Below are positions 9,744 through 18,781 of a stretch of DNA of 64,000 nucleotides, piece by piece. The translations under genes and the position numbers were made by a program. The DNA comes from Candidatus Fervidifonticultor sextus (GTDB lineage: Bacteria > Sysuimicrobiota > Sysuimicrobiia > Sysuimicrobiales > Humicultoraceae): NCBI GenBank assembly GCA_031459875.1, contig JAVKHQ010000015.1:10289-74288 (forward strand). The letters run 5' to 3'. Each line of letters starts with the position of its first letter. Position 1 is the stretch's first letter. The notes below the pieces were generated by a model, which saw nothing but the letters and a program-made list of their open reading frames with translations, did not search any database and was not told the DNA's origin.

Positions 9744-11027
9744 ATGCAGCATGCCGATGTGGCCTGGATGGTTACCGCCACCGCCCTGGTGCTGTTGATG
9801 ACACCGGCGCTGGGCTTCTTCTACGGCGGTCTGGTCCGGGCGAAGAACGCCTTGAACACCATAATGATGAGTTTCGCTTCCCTGGGGTTTGTCGGCATCG
9901 CGTGGGCCCTGGCCGGTTACTCCCTGGCATTCGGCCCTGGCTCGCCCTGGTTGGGGGGCCTCGCGCACGCGCTGCTGCGCGGCGTGGGTCTGGAGTCCCA
10001 GGGGACCATCCCGCACCTGCTGTTTGCGGCCTACCAGGCGACTTTCGCCATCATCACGGCTGCGCTGATCTCTGGCGCGATCGTCGAGCGGATGCAGTTC
10101 CGGGCCTATCTGGTCTTCCTCACCCTGTGGGGGGTGCTGGTCTACGCGCCGATCGCCCACTGGGTATGGGGCGGTGGGTGGCTCGGCAAACTCGGCGCGC
10201 TGGACTTCGCGGGCGGCACGGTGGTGCACATCAACGCCGGCGTGGCCGCCGTAATCGCGGCGCTCGTGCTCGGTCCGCGCAAGGACTACGCGCGCCAGGC
10301 CATCCTCCCGCACAGCGTCCCCTTCACGCTGCTGGGCGCCGGGCTGTTGTGGTTTGGGTGGTTCGGCTTCAACGCCGGTAGTGCGCTGGGTGCCACCCCC
10401 ATCGCCGCCCTGGCGTTCGTGAACACCATGCTCGCCCCCGCGGCCACGCTGATCGTCTGGACCATGCTGGACCTCGGCCGCACCGGGCGGGCCACGGCGG
10501 TCGGCGCCGCCACGGCCATCGTGGTGGGGCTGGTAGCCGTCACGCCGGCGGCGGGCTTCGTGAGCCCACTGGCCGCGATCCTCCTGGGCGCGCTCGCCGC
10601 CTTCCCCAGTTACTACGCGGTCCTGTGGAGGGCCCGGACCCGGCTGGACGACTCGCTGGACGTACTGGCCGCGCACGGCGTCGGGGGCACGGTCGGCGCG
10701 ATCCTCACCGGGGTCCTGGCGCAGAAGGCCTGGAACGGGGTGGCTGACGGACTGATCGCCGGCAACCCAGCGCAGGTCGCAATCCAGGCCCTCGCCGTAC
10801 TGGCCGCGGCCGCCTACAGCGCCGGGGGGACACTGGTGCTCCTCAAACTGGTCGGCGCGTTCCTGCCGCTGCGCGTGGCTGATCCCGCCGCGGAGGGACT
10901 TGGGTTGGACGTCAGCCAGCACGGCGAAGAAGCCTACTCCACCGGGGAGGGCGCTATCCTGGTGCTGACCGAGCCGGCGCCGCTTGGTCCCGAACCCACA
11001 CCTGAGCCCGCAGGAGGACCTGCATGA
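9744..11027 (+). CDS. amt: Ammonium transporter
   Basis: LVLLMTPALGFFYGG, YQATFAIITAALISGA, LDFAGGTVVHINAG, WFGWFGFNAGS, DDSLDV..AHGVGG. Confidence 0.97.
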   Translation: MQHADVAWMVTATALVLLMTPALGFFYGGLVRAKNALNTIMMSFASLGFVGIAWALAGYSLAFGPGSPWLGGLAHALLRGVGLESQGTIPHLLFAAYQATFAIITAALISGAIVERMQFRAYLVFLTLWGVLVYAPIAHWVWGGGWLGKLGALDFAGGTVVHINAGVAAVIAALVLGPRKDYARQAILPHSVPFTLLGAGLLWFGWFGFNAGSALGATPIAALAFVNTMLAPAATLIVWTMLDLGRTGRATAVGAATAIVVGLVAVTPAAGFVSPLAAILLGALAAFPSYYAVLWRARTRLDDSLDVLAAHGVGGTVGAILTGVLAQKAWNGVADGLIAGNPAQVAIQALAVLAAAAYSAGGTLVLLKLVGAFLPLRVADPAAEGLGLDVSQHGEEAYSTGEGAILVLTEPAPLGPEPTPEPAGGPA

Positions 11028-11374
11028 AACTCGTGGTGGCGATTGTCCGTCCAGAGAAACTCAATAACGTGCTCGAGGCGCTGTTCCGCACCGAGGTGCG
11101 CGGGCTGACGATCAGCCGGGTCCAGGGCCACGGCGGTGAGACCGAGCAGGTCCAGACCTATCGCGGCACCACGGTGAAGATGGAACTCTCAGAGAAGGTC
11201 CGCCTGGAAATCGGCGTGTCCGACCACTTCGTGGATCCCACGGTGCAGACCATCCTGGGGTCGGCCGGCACTGGCGAGGTCGGCGACGGGAAGATCTTCG
11301 TCCTGCCCGTGGAGAACGTCTACCGTATCCGCACAGGGGAGCGGGACGAGGCAGCCGTCACGCCGGTGGGCTAA
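11024..11374 (+). CDS. glnK: P-II family nitrogen regulator
   Basis: AIVRPEKL, YRG T-loop, TGEVGDGKIFVLPV..RIRTGE; overlaps the amt stop. Confidence 0.93.
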   Translation: MKLVVAIVRPEKLNNVLEALFRTEVRGLTISRVQGHGGETEQVQTYRGTTVKMELSEKVRLEIGVSDHFVDPTVQTILGSAGTGEVGDGKIFVLPVENVYRIRTGERDEAAVTPVG

Positions 11375-11420
11375 CGCGAAAGAGGGGACCCGGCGCGCTT
11401 CGGCGTAGTAGAGCCGGCGC

Positions 11421-12551
11421 GTGTACGACGTCATCGTCCTGGGTCTGGGCGGCATGGGCAGCGCCGCCGCCTACCATCTGGCCCGCCGCGGGAAGCGCGT
11501 GCTGGGGCTGGACCGTTTTCCGCCGGCGCACGACCGCGGGTCGTCCCACGGCCGTTCCCGCATCATCCGCGAGGCCTACTTCGAGCACCCGGCGTATGTG
11601 CCGCTGGTGCAGCATGCCTACCATCTCTGGGCGGACCTCGAGCGGGCCAGCGAAAGGCGGCTCCTCCTGACCACCGGCGGGATCATGATCGGGCCGCCAT
11701 CGGGCGCACTGGTCCGCGGGACGCTGGAGAGCGCCCGCCTCCACCGGCTTCAGCACGAGGTCCTGGACGCCCCCGAGGTCCGCCGGCGCTTCCCGGTGTT
11801 CGTCCCCTCCGACGACATGATCGGGGTCTACGAACCCCGGGCCGGCGTGCTCGACCCCGAGGCGTGTGTGCTGGCCCACCTGGAGCAGGCTGCCCGCGCC
11901 GGCGCCGACCTGCACCACGAGGAGCCGGTGCTGGCCTGGCAGGCAGCCGCAGATCGCGTCGAAGTCCGCACCCCCGGCGCCCGGTACGAAGCCGGCCGCC
12001 TGGTCGTCGCCGCCGGGCCCTGGGCGCCGACGGTGCTGGCCGACCTGGGCCTGCCGCTGGCCGTGGGGCGCCAGATCGTGGTCTGGTTCCGGCCGGCCTT
12101 CCTCCACGACGCCTTTGACCCCGCGCGGTGTCCCGTCTACATCTGGCAGGTGGACGGCGGCCTCTTCTACGGGTTTCCGCACCTGAACCGCGACGGCGTC
12201 AAGGTCGCCGAGCACTCGCCGGGCGATCCGACCACGGCCGACACCGTCACCCGCCGGGTCGCGCCCCAGGAAGTCCAGAGACTCCGGAGGACCTTCGTGG
12301 ACCGCTACATGCCGGGGGCCGGCGGCGCAGTCGTCGCCACCGGCGTGTGCCTGTACACGATGACCCCGGATACCCACTTCATCATCGATCTACACCCGCG
12401 GCACCCCCACGTGGTCGTTGCCTGCGGGTTTTCGGGCCACGGGTTCAAGTTCGCCCCGACCGTCGGCGAGATCGCGGCCGATCTGGCGGTGGACGGGAAG
12501 ACCCGACACGAGACGGCGCTGTTCGCCGTGGGCCGGTTCGTCCGGGCATAA
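11421..12551 (+). CDS. Monomeric sarcosine oxidase / N-methyltryptophan oxidase family
   Basis: GLGGMGSAA FAD motif, GSSHGRSRIIR, CLYTMTPD, GFSGHGFKFAP. Confidence 0.9.
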   Translation: MYDVIVLGLGGMGSAAAYHLARRGKRVLGLDRFPPAHDRGSSHGRSRIIREAYFEHPAYVPLVQHAYHLWADLERASERRLLLTTGGIMIGPPSGALVRGTLESARLHRLQHEVLDAPEVRRRFPVFVPSDDMIGVYEPRAGVLDPEACVLAHLEQAARAGADLHHEEPVLAWQAAADRVEVRTPGARYEAGRLVVAAGPWAPTVLADLGLPLAVGRQIVVWFRPAFLHDAFDPARCPVYIWQVDGGLFYGFPHLNRDGVKVAEHSPGDPTTADTVTRRVAPQEVQRLRRTFVDRYMPGAGGAVVATGVCLYTMTPDTHFIIDLHPRHPHVVVACGFSGHGFKFAPTVGEIAADLAVDGKTRHETALFAVGRFVRA

Positions 12552-12620
12552 CGTCTGCGGGCGCAGGCGGGTACGGCGGGCGCGAGCCGAGGCTTGCCGG
12601 GTTCGTGCCTCCGATGCTAC

Positions 12621-12738
12621 GATGACAAAAGTACGGGCGCGCCCGTGACAGCGCATGGAGAGTCCGGGCCGGTATGAGGCCCGGGAACGCGAGGGGCACC
12701 GCGGGCTCAAGACCCCGTCTCCGGCCAGGCGGGGTTTT
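12621..12738 (+). promoter_or_regulatory. T-box-like transcription attenuator (non-canonical) upstream of the aminotransferase-serS operon
   Basis: Stem III-like CCGGGCC/GGCCCGG; antiterminator GAG-[GGGCACC]-GCGGG...CCCGT-CTC overlapping terminator AAGACCCCGTCT/AGGCGGGGTTTT. Confidence 0.6.
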
Positions 12739-12780
12739 ATCTTTGAGCGCCGCGGGAACATCTTGTTCGGGAGGTGAACC

Positions 12781-13929
12781 GTGCGGCAATACCTGCTCAT
12801 CCCGGGTCCGACGCCGCTGCCCGACGAGGTCCTGGCGGCCTCGGCGCGGCAGATGCTGAACCATCGCGGCCCTGAATTCGGCCGGCTGCTGGCCGAGACG
12901 CTGGCGGCGCTCCGGCGTATCTTCCTGACCCGCCACGTCATCCTGCCGTTTGCCGCCTCGGGCACCGGCGGGCTGGAGGCGGCGGTGGTCAACCTCTGCT
13001 CGCCGGGCGATGAGGTCGTGGCGGTCTGCGGCGGTGTCTTTGGCGATCGGTTCGCGGCGATCGCCGAGGCCTACGGCCTTGCGGTGGTGCGGGTCACCGT
13101 GCCGTGGGGGCAGGCGGTCGATCCTGAGGCGGTGCGCGAGGCGCTGCGCAGGACCCCCCGGGCCCGGGCGGTGCTGGTCACGCAGAGCGAGACCTCGACC
13201 GGGGTGCGCCACGACGTGGCCGCCATCGCGTCGGTAGTGCGCGACTCTCCGGCGCTGATGGTGGTGGATGCCGTGAGTTCGCTGGGCGCTATCGAACTGC
13301 GCACCGACGAGTGGGGGCTGGACGTGGTGGTCACCGGCTCGCAGAAAGCGCTCATGGCGCCGCCGGGCCTGGCGCTCGTCAGCGTCTCGGACCGGGCGTG
13401 GGAGGCGGTCAGGGAAGCACGGTTGCCGCGGTTCTACTGGTCGTTTGAGCGGATGCGGACCGAGCTCGGCGACCCGGAGGCCTACACCCCCTTCACGCCG
13501 GCCATCAGCGTGGTCTATGCGCTGCATGCCGGCCTCCGTCTCGTCGAGGCGGAAGGGTTAGAGGCCCGGTGGGCCCGGCACCGGCGCGTCGCCCAGGCGG
13601 TGCGGGCCGGCGTGCGTGCGCTGGGCCTGCGGGTCGTGCCAAAGGAACAGGATGCCAGCGAGACGGTCACGGCGGTCTGGCTTCCCGACGGCACCGACGA
13701 CGGCGCGCTGTTGAAGCGGCTTCGGACCGAGCACGGTGTCGTCCTGGGCGGCGGGCAGGGGCCGATGCGCGGGAAGATCTTCCGATTCGGCCACCTGGGG
13801 TGGGTGCCGGACGCGGACGTCCTGGCCGGGCTGCGGGCGCTTGAGGCCGTGCTGGCCCAGATCGGCGGCCCGGTGGGCAGAGGGGCCGACGCGGCGGCCC
13901 TGGAGGTGCTCACCCGCGCGCCGGCGTGA
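12781..13929 (+). CDS. Class V PLP aminotransferase (alanine-glyoxylate/serine-pyruvate/phosphoserine type)
   Basis: LLIPGPTP, NHRGPEF, SGTGGLEAA, ETSTGV, VDAVSSLG, GSQKALMAPPG. Confidence 0.9.
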   Translation: MRQYLLIPGPTPLPDEVLAASARQMLNHRGPEFGRLLAETLAALRRIFLTRHVILPFAASGTGGLEAAVVNLCSPGDEVVAVCGGVFGDRFAAIAEAYGLAVVRVTVPWGQAVDPEAVREALRRTPRARAVLVTQSETSTGVRHDVAAIASVVRDSPALMVVDAVSSLGAIELRTDEWGLDVVVTGSQKALMAPPGLALVSVSDRAWEAVREARLPRFYWSFERMRTELGDPEAYTPFTPAISVVYALHAGLRLVEAEGLEARWARHRRVAQAVRAGVRALGLRVVPKEQDASETVTAVWLPDGTDDGALLKRLRTEHGVVLGGGQGPMRGKIFRFGHLGWVPDADVLAGLRALEAVLAQIGGPVGRGADAAALEVLTRAPA

Positions 13930-13967
13930 CCGCACGGGAGCCGGGTGGAGTCGCTGGAGGACGGTCC

Positions 13968-15242
13968 ATGCTGGACCTCAAGAAGATCCGGGAAGATCCG
14001 GAGAGGTTCAAGGCCGGTTTGCGCAAGCGAGGCCGCGACCCCCGCGCCATCGACGAGGTCCTCGAGGCCGACCGCCGGCGCCGCAGCCTGCTGGCCGATG
14101 TGGAGCGGTTGCGGGCCGAGCAGAACCGCGCTTCCGCCGAGATCCCGAGACTGAGCGGGCCGGATCGGGAGTCTCGGATCGGCGAGATGCGGGCCCTCGC
14201 CGCGCGGATCCGCGCTCTGGAGCCCGAGGTGTCGCGGGTCGAAGCCGAACTGGATGCGCTGCTGCGCACGCTGCCCAACCATCCCGACGAGACCGTGCCC
14301 GAAGGCGTGGATGCGTCCCAGAACGTGGTGGTCCGCACCTGGGGCGAACCGCCCGTCTTCGACTTCCCTCCGCTGGATCACGTCGACCTCGGGACGCGCC
14401 TGGGCATTCTCGACTTCGAGCGGGGCGCGAAGGCGTCGGGGTCGCGCTTCTACTATCTGAAAGGTGACGGCGTCCTGCTGGAGATGGCCCTGGCCCGCCT
14501 GGCGCTCGACCTGCTGGCCGCCGAGGGGTTTGTGCTGGTGGAGACCCCGATGCTGGTGCGCAGTGGCGTCATCACCGGCGCGTGGGGTGGCGTCGCGCTG
14601 GACACCCAGCAGACGTACAAGATCGAGGACGAGGACCTGGCGCTGATCGGGACCAGCGAGCAGAGCCTGGCCGCCTATCACATGGACGAGACCCTGGACG
14701 CCGCCCTGCTGCCCCTGCGCTACGCGGGCATCTCCTGGTGCTTCCGTCGCGAGGCCGGTTCGTACGGCCGGGACATCCGCGGGCTGTACCGCGTGCACCA
14801 GTTCTTCAAGATCGAGATGTTCTCGTTCGCGCACCCCGACCGGTCGGCCGAGGAACACGAGTACCTGGTGAGCCTGGAGGAGCGCTTCGTGCGGACGCTG
14901 GGGCTCCCCCACCGGGTCGTGTTGCTGTGCGGCGCCGACCTGGGGTCGGCCATGGCCAAGACCTACGATGTCGAGACCTGGATGCCGGGGCGCGGCGGCT
15001 ACGGTGAGACGCACTCGTGCAGCAACGCCGCCGACTTCCAGGCCCGCCGCCTGGGGATCCGGTTCCGCGAGGGAGCGCGGGGCGGGACCGACTACGTGCA
15101 CACGCTTAACGGCACCCTGGTGGCCACCAGCCGGGCCCTGATCGCCGTGCTGGAGAACGGCCAGCAACCCGACGGCAGCGTGCGGATTCCCGAGGCCCTC
15201 GTGCCCTACATGGGAGGCCGGACCGTGCTCGTGCCCACGTAA
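13968..15242 (+). CDS. serS: Serine--tRNA ligase
   Basis: MLDLKKIRE coiled-coil arm, LIGTSEQ, CFRREAGSYGRDIRGLYRVHQF, SCSN..DFQARR, HTLNGT. Confidence 0.97.
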   Translation: MLDLKKIREDPERFKAGLRKRGRDPRAIDEVLEADRRRRSLLADVERLRAEQNRASAEIPRLSGPDRESRIGEMRALAARIRALEPEVSRVEAELDALLRTLPNHPDETVPEGVDASQNVVVRTWGEPPVFDFPPLDHVDLGTRLGILDFERGAKASGSRFYYLKGDGVLLEMALARLALDLLAAEGFVLVETPMLVRSGVITGAWGGVALDTQQTYKIEDEDLALIGTSEQSLAAYHMDETLDAALLPLRYAGISWCFRREAGSYGRDIRGLYRVHQFFKIEMFSFAHPDRSAEEHEYLVSLEERFVRTLGLPHRVVLLCGADLGSAMAKTYDVETWMPGRGGYGETHSCSNAADFQARRLGIRFREGARGGTDYVHTLNGTLVATSRALIAVLENGQQPDGSVRIPEALVPYMGGRTVLVPT

Positions 15243-15249
15243 GGCGGGC

Positions 15250-16074
15250 ATGCAGGTCTCCCTCTACGTGGCGGCGTCCGGGTCGAGGTTCTGGGCGGCC
15301 TCGACCTCGATGAGCCTGGCCGAGGTCATGGCGCGTGCCGCGGACCTCGGCTACGACGCCATCGAGATCATGCCGCGGGCTGCAGGCGACCCCGACCCCG
15401 ACGTCCTGCGCGCCACAGCCGCGCGATACGGCCTGACCGTCACCGCCGTGGCCTCAGGGTTCGTCGCGATCGAGCAGGGCTTGACCTTCACACACCCTGA
15501 TGGGAAGGTCCGGCGCCGGGCCGTCGAGGCGGTGCGGGCCTGCATCGCCGACGCCCGGCGCGCCGGGGCGTCGTTTGTTTCCATCGGCCCTGTGAGGGGA
15601 AAATTGCAGGCCGGGATGGATCCCGCCGTCGCCCTGGAACACCTGATCGCGTGCCTCCGGGCCTGCGGGCTCACCGCCGGCAAGATGGGGATTACCCTGA
15701 CGGTCGAGCCGGGCAACCGCTACGAGACGGACTTCATTCACACCGTGGACGAGGCCATAGCCTTCCTGGAGACGCTCGGGCTTCCGTCCGTGCGCCTGCA
15801 GGCCGACACGTTCCACATGAACATCGAGGAGGGCTCGCTGGCCGGCGCGATCCGCCGGGCCGCGCCGTACTTGGCCCACGTGCACCTGGCAGACAGCAAC
15901 CGGCGCGCGCCGGGCTGGGGACACCTCGACTTCGAGGCGGTCATCGCCGCGTTGCGCGAGATCGCCTACCGCGGCGGCATCGGCCTGGAGATCCTGTTCG
16001 AGCCCGACTTCGAGTCCGCGGCCCGTCAGGGGATCCGCTTCGTGCGCGACCGGTTCGACGGCCGGGCATCGTAG
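15250..16074 (+). CDS. Sugar phosphate isomerase/epimerase family TIM-barrel protein
   Basis: EPGNRYE, DTFHMNIEE, HVHLADSNRRAPGWGHLDF. Confidence 0.88.
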   Translation: MQVSLYVAASGSRFWAASTSMSLAEVMARAADLGYDAIEIMPRAAGDPDPDVLRATAARYGLTVTAVASGFVAIEQGLTFTHPDGKVRRRAVEAVRACIADARRAGASFVSIGPVRGKLQAGMDPAVALEHLIACLRACGLTAGKMGITLTVEPGNRYETDFIHTVDEAIAFLETLGLPSVRLQADTFHMNIEEGSLAGAIRRAAPYLAHVHLADSNRRAPGWGHLDFEAVIAALREIAYRGGIGLEILFEPDFESAARQGIRFVRDRFDGRAS

Positions 16075-16092
16075 CCGCCTGGGAGGCGCGGT

Positions 16093-17019
16093 TCACCCCT
16101 CGGCAGCGGCGCCCTGCCCCCACGCGCTCATCCGCGGCCGGATGAAGTCGCGACCGAAGCAGATCTCCCCGTCGATGTCGTCGTAGGTCCCCGCCACGTC
16201 GATGTTGGCGAAGCCCTGGTACCCGACCTTGCGTAGCGCCCGCAGGGTGCTCTCCCAGGGGACCTGGCCTCTGCCCGGAGCCCAGTGGTAGTCGAAGACC
16301 CCATCGTTGTCGGCCAGGTGCACCAGGAAGATCCGCCCGGCCAGCTTCTCGATGGCGACGGGGAGGATCTCTTTCTGGACGAAGAAGTGAGCGGTGTCGA
16401 AGACGACGCCCAGGGCCGACGAGCCTGCGGCCTCCATGAGCCGCCGCGCCCCGTCGGCGGTGCTCACCATTTCGTAGGGCCGGACCTCCATGGCCAGACG
16501 CATCCGGGCCTGCGCGGCCACCTCCGCCATCGTGCCGATGGTGTTCACATACTGCGCCCACGCGTGCTCCCAGCGAAACGTGGGCGGGATCTCCACATTC
16601 ACAGGGGGCGAGAAATCGTCGTAGAGTCGGCGGATCTCGACGGTCCACGACGGGTGCGGGGCAGAGTGAAAGTAGACCAGGTCGGTCCCCAGGGCCCGTG
16701 CGACCTCCAGCGACCGCTTGAGGCCTTCGGTGGCCCGGCGGCGGGTGGCCGGATCCTCGCTGATGACCAGGTGACGGAGGAAGCCCGCCTCGAAGGCGCT
16801 GACCGCCACACCACAATCCCGCCACCGCGCGGCACAGCGGCGGAGCGCCTCCAGGTCAGAAAAGTCTCTCGCCAGATGCTCCTGGCTGAACGCGGCGACC
16901 TCAATGCCCGCGAAGCCGCACCGGGCAGCCCAGTCGGCGAGAGCGTCGTGCTGCGCGAGATCGGGCTCACCCTGGAAATGGGTTCGAGCGTAGGCCACCG
17001 TCACGCCGAGGTGCACCAT
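16093..17019 (-). CDS. Sugar phosphate isomerase/epimerase family protein
   Basis: LAMEVRP, VFDTAHF, VHLADNDG..HWAPGRGQVPW, GYQG. Confidence 0.82.
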   Translation of the reverse strand: MVHLGVTVAYARTHFQGEPDLAQHDALADWAARCGFAGIEVAAFSQEHLARDFSDLEALRRCAARWRDCGVAVSAFEAGFLRHLVISEDPATRRRATEGLKRSLEVARALGTDLVYFHSAPHPSWTVEIRRLYDDFSPPVNVEIPPTFRWEHAWAQYVNTIGTMAEVAAQARMRLAMEVRPYEMVSTADGARRLMEAAGSSALGVVFDTAHFFVQKEILPVAIEKLAGRIFLVHLADNDGVFDYHWAPGRGQVPWESTLRALRKVGYQGFANIDVAGTYDDIDGEICFGRDFIRPRMSAWGQGAAAEG

Positions 17020-17184
17020 CTGCCTCCCGAGGCTGATCTGCGGGCCGGAGGAGAAGTTCGCGGGTACCCGGGCGCTGCTCCTGGTGAAGGGGTGGGCGCG
17101 CCCGGCCAGAAAGAGTACAGGTGGGCCAGCATGTGTGGGTGGGGCGTACCATTCCAGAGCCGGTAGCAGCCGGCAGAGGGGATC

Positions 17185-17342
17185 GACGGTCGTTGATCCG
17201 TTACGGCATGGAGGCGGAAGGGGTGCCGCTGACGGTGGACCAGCCCGACCCCAGGCACGTCCTGCCCCACCGCGAGGGGGAGCGGGTGACCCTCATCCTC
17301 CCTCCTGACGCTCACTTCCTGCCCGCCGACGCCAGGCGATGA
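17185..17342 (+). pseudogene. Remnant: C-terminal TOBE-like end of an ABC-transporter ATPase
   Basis: SLIRYGMEAEGVPLTVDQPDPRHVLPHREGERVTLILP resembles PotA/MalK-type C-termini; no ATPase core upstream. Confidence 0.45.
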
Positions 17343-17384
17343 TCACCCGGGGACAGGTCAATCTACCGGTGTTGGGAGGCCAGC

Positions 17385-18758
17385 GTGGCTGATCAGAGCA
17401 CAAGCCGATTTGCCATCGAAGGGGACATGAACCTGACCCCCCGCCGGGCCGAGTGGGCCCGACGACACATCGACCCGCAGACCCGCCACTGGCTGGAGGA
17501 AGATGCCCGATATTTCCTCCACCAGGCGCTGTCGACGCCCTGCCTGAACGTCTTGGGGCGCTGCGAGGGGATCTACATCGAGGATCTCGGGGGCCGCCGG
17601 TACATGGACTTCCACGGCAACAGCGTGCACCAGGTGGGATTCGGGCATCCCCGGGTGATCGAGGCGATCAAACGACAGCTGGACCGGCTGTCCTTCTGCA
17701 CGCGACGTTACACCAACATCCCGGCTGTTTCGCTGGCCAGGAAACTGGCCGAGATCACCCCGGGGCATTTGGGCAAATCGCTGTTCTGTCCCAATGGGGC
17801 CGCAGCCATCGGCATGGCCCTCCGGCTCGCGCGGGCGGCGACCGGACGGTTCAAGACCATCTCCATGTGGGACTCCTTCCACGGCGCGTCACTGGACGCG
17901 AGCAGCGTCGGGGGCCAGCGGATGTTCCGCGAGCAGGCCGGTCCGCTGTTGCCCGGGTCGGAGCACGTACCCCCCTACGATGCCTATCGGTGCCTGTGGG
18001 ACTGCGGCGGTCGCTGCGACCTGCGGTGCGCCCGGTACGTCGAGTATGTCCTGGAGAAGGAAGGCGATGTGGCGGCGGTGGTCGCGGAGCCCGTCCGCGG
18101 GACGGTGTCCATCCCGCCGGCCGAGTACTGGCAGGCCGTCCGCGCCGCCTGTGACCGCCACGGCGCGCTATTGATCTTCGACGAGATCCCCCACGCCCTG
18201 GGGCGGACAGGTCGGATGTTCGCCTGCGAGCACTTCGGGGTGGTCCCGGACATGCTGGTCCTGGGCAAGGGGCTGGGCGGCGGGATCTTCCCCATGGCGG
18301 CGCTGGTGACGAGGCCCGACCTGGACGTGATGGCCGACCGGGCGCTGGGCCACTTCACCCACGAGAAGAACCCGGTGGGCTGCGCGGCGGCCCTGGCCAC
18401 GATCGAGGTCATTGAGGAGGAAGGCCTCGTCGAGCACGCCCGGACCCTGGGCCAGCACGCGCTTGACCGCCTCCGGGACATGGCACAGCGCTACCCGCTT
18501 ATCGGCGACGTGCGCGGGCTCGGTCTCTTTTTGGGCATCGAACTGGTCAGAGACCGGTCAACCAGGGAACCCGCCAACGACGAGGCCGATGCGATCATGT
18601 ACCACGCCCTGGACCGGGGCCTGAGTTTCAAGGTCACCCACGGCAACATCCTGACCCTCATCCCGCCGCTCCTGATCACGCAGGCGGAGATGGATCGCGC
18701 CCTGGACATCGTCGAGGAGGCGATCGGTGCGGCCAGCCGCCGGGCCGCCGGCGGGTAG
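17385..18758 (+). CDS. pbfA: Class III PLP enzyme, probable (R)-1-hydroxy-2-aminoethylphosphonate ammonia-lyase
   Basis: N-terminal EGDMNLTPRR..W, EDARYFLHQALSTPCL, MDFHGNSVHQVGFG, SMWDSFHGASLD, GHFTHEKNP match my recollection of PbfA. Confidence 0.75.
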   Translation: MADQSTSRFAIEGDMNLTPRRAEWARRHIDPQTRHWLEEDARYFLHQALSTPCLNVLGRCEGIYIEDLGGRRYMDFHGNSVHQVGFGHPRVIEAIKRQLDRLSFCTRRYTNIPAVSLARKLAEITPGHLGKSLFCPNGAAAIGMALRLARAATGRFKTISMWDSFHGASLDASSVGGQRMFREQAGPLLPGSEHVPPYDAYRCLWDCGGRCDLRCARYVEYVLEKEGDVAAVVAEPVRGTVSIPPAEYWQAVRAACDRHGALLIFDEIPHALGRTGRMFACEHFGVVPDMLVLGKGLGGGIFPMAALVTRPDLDVMADRALGHFTHEKNPVGCAAALATIEVIEEEGLVEHARTLGQHALDRLRDMAQRYPLIGDVRGLGLFLGIELVRDRSTREPANDEADAIMYHALDRGLSFKVTHGNILTLIPPLLITQAEMDRALDIVEEAIGAASRRAAGG

Positions 18759-18781
18759 TGGTCAGTCGGCGATCGCCAGGG

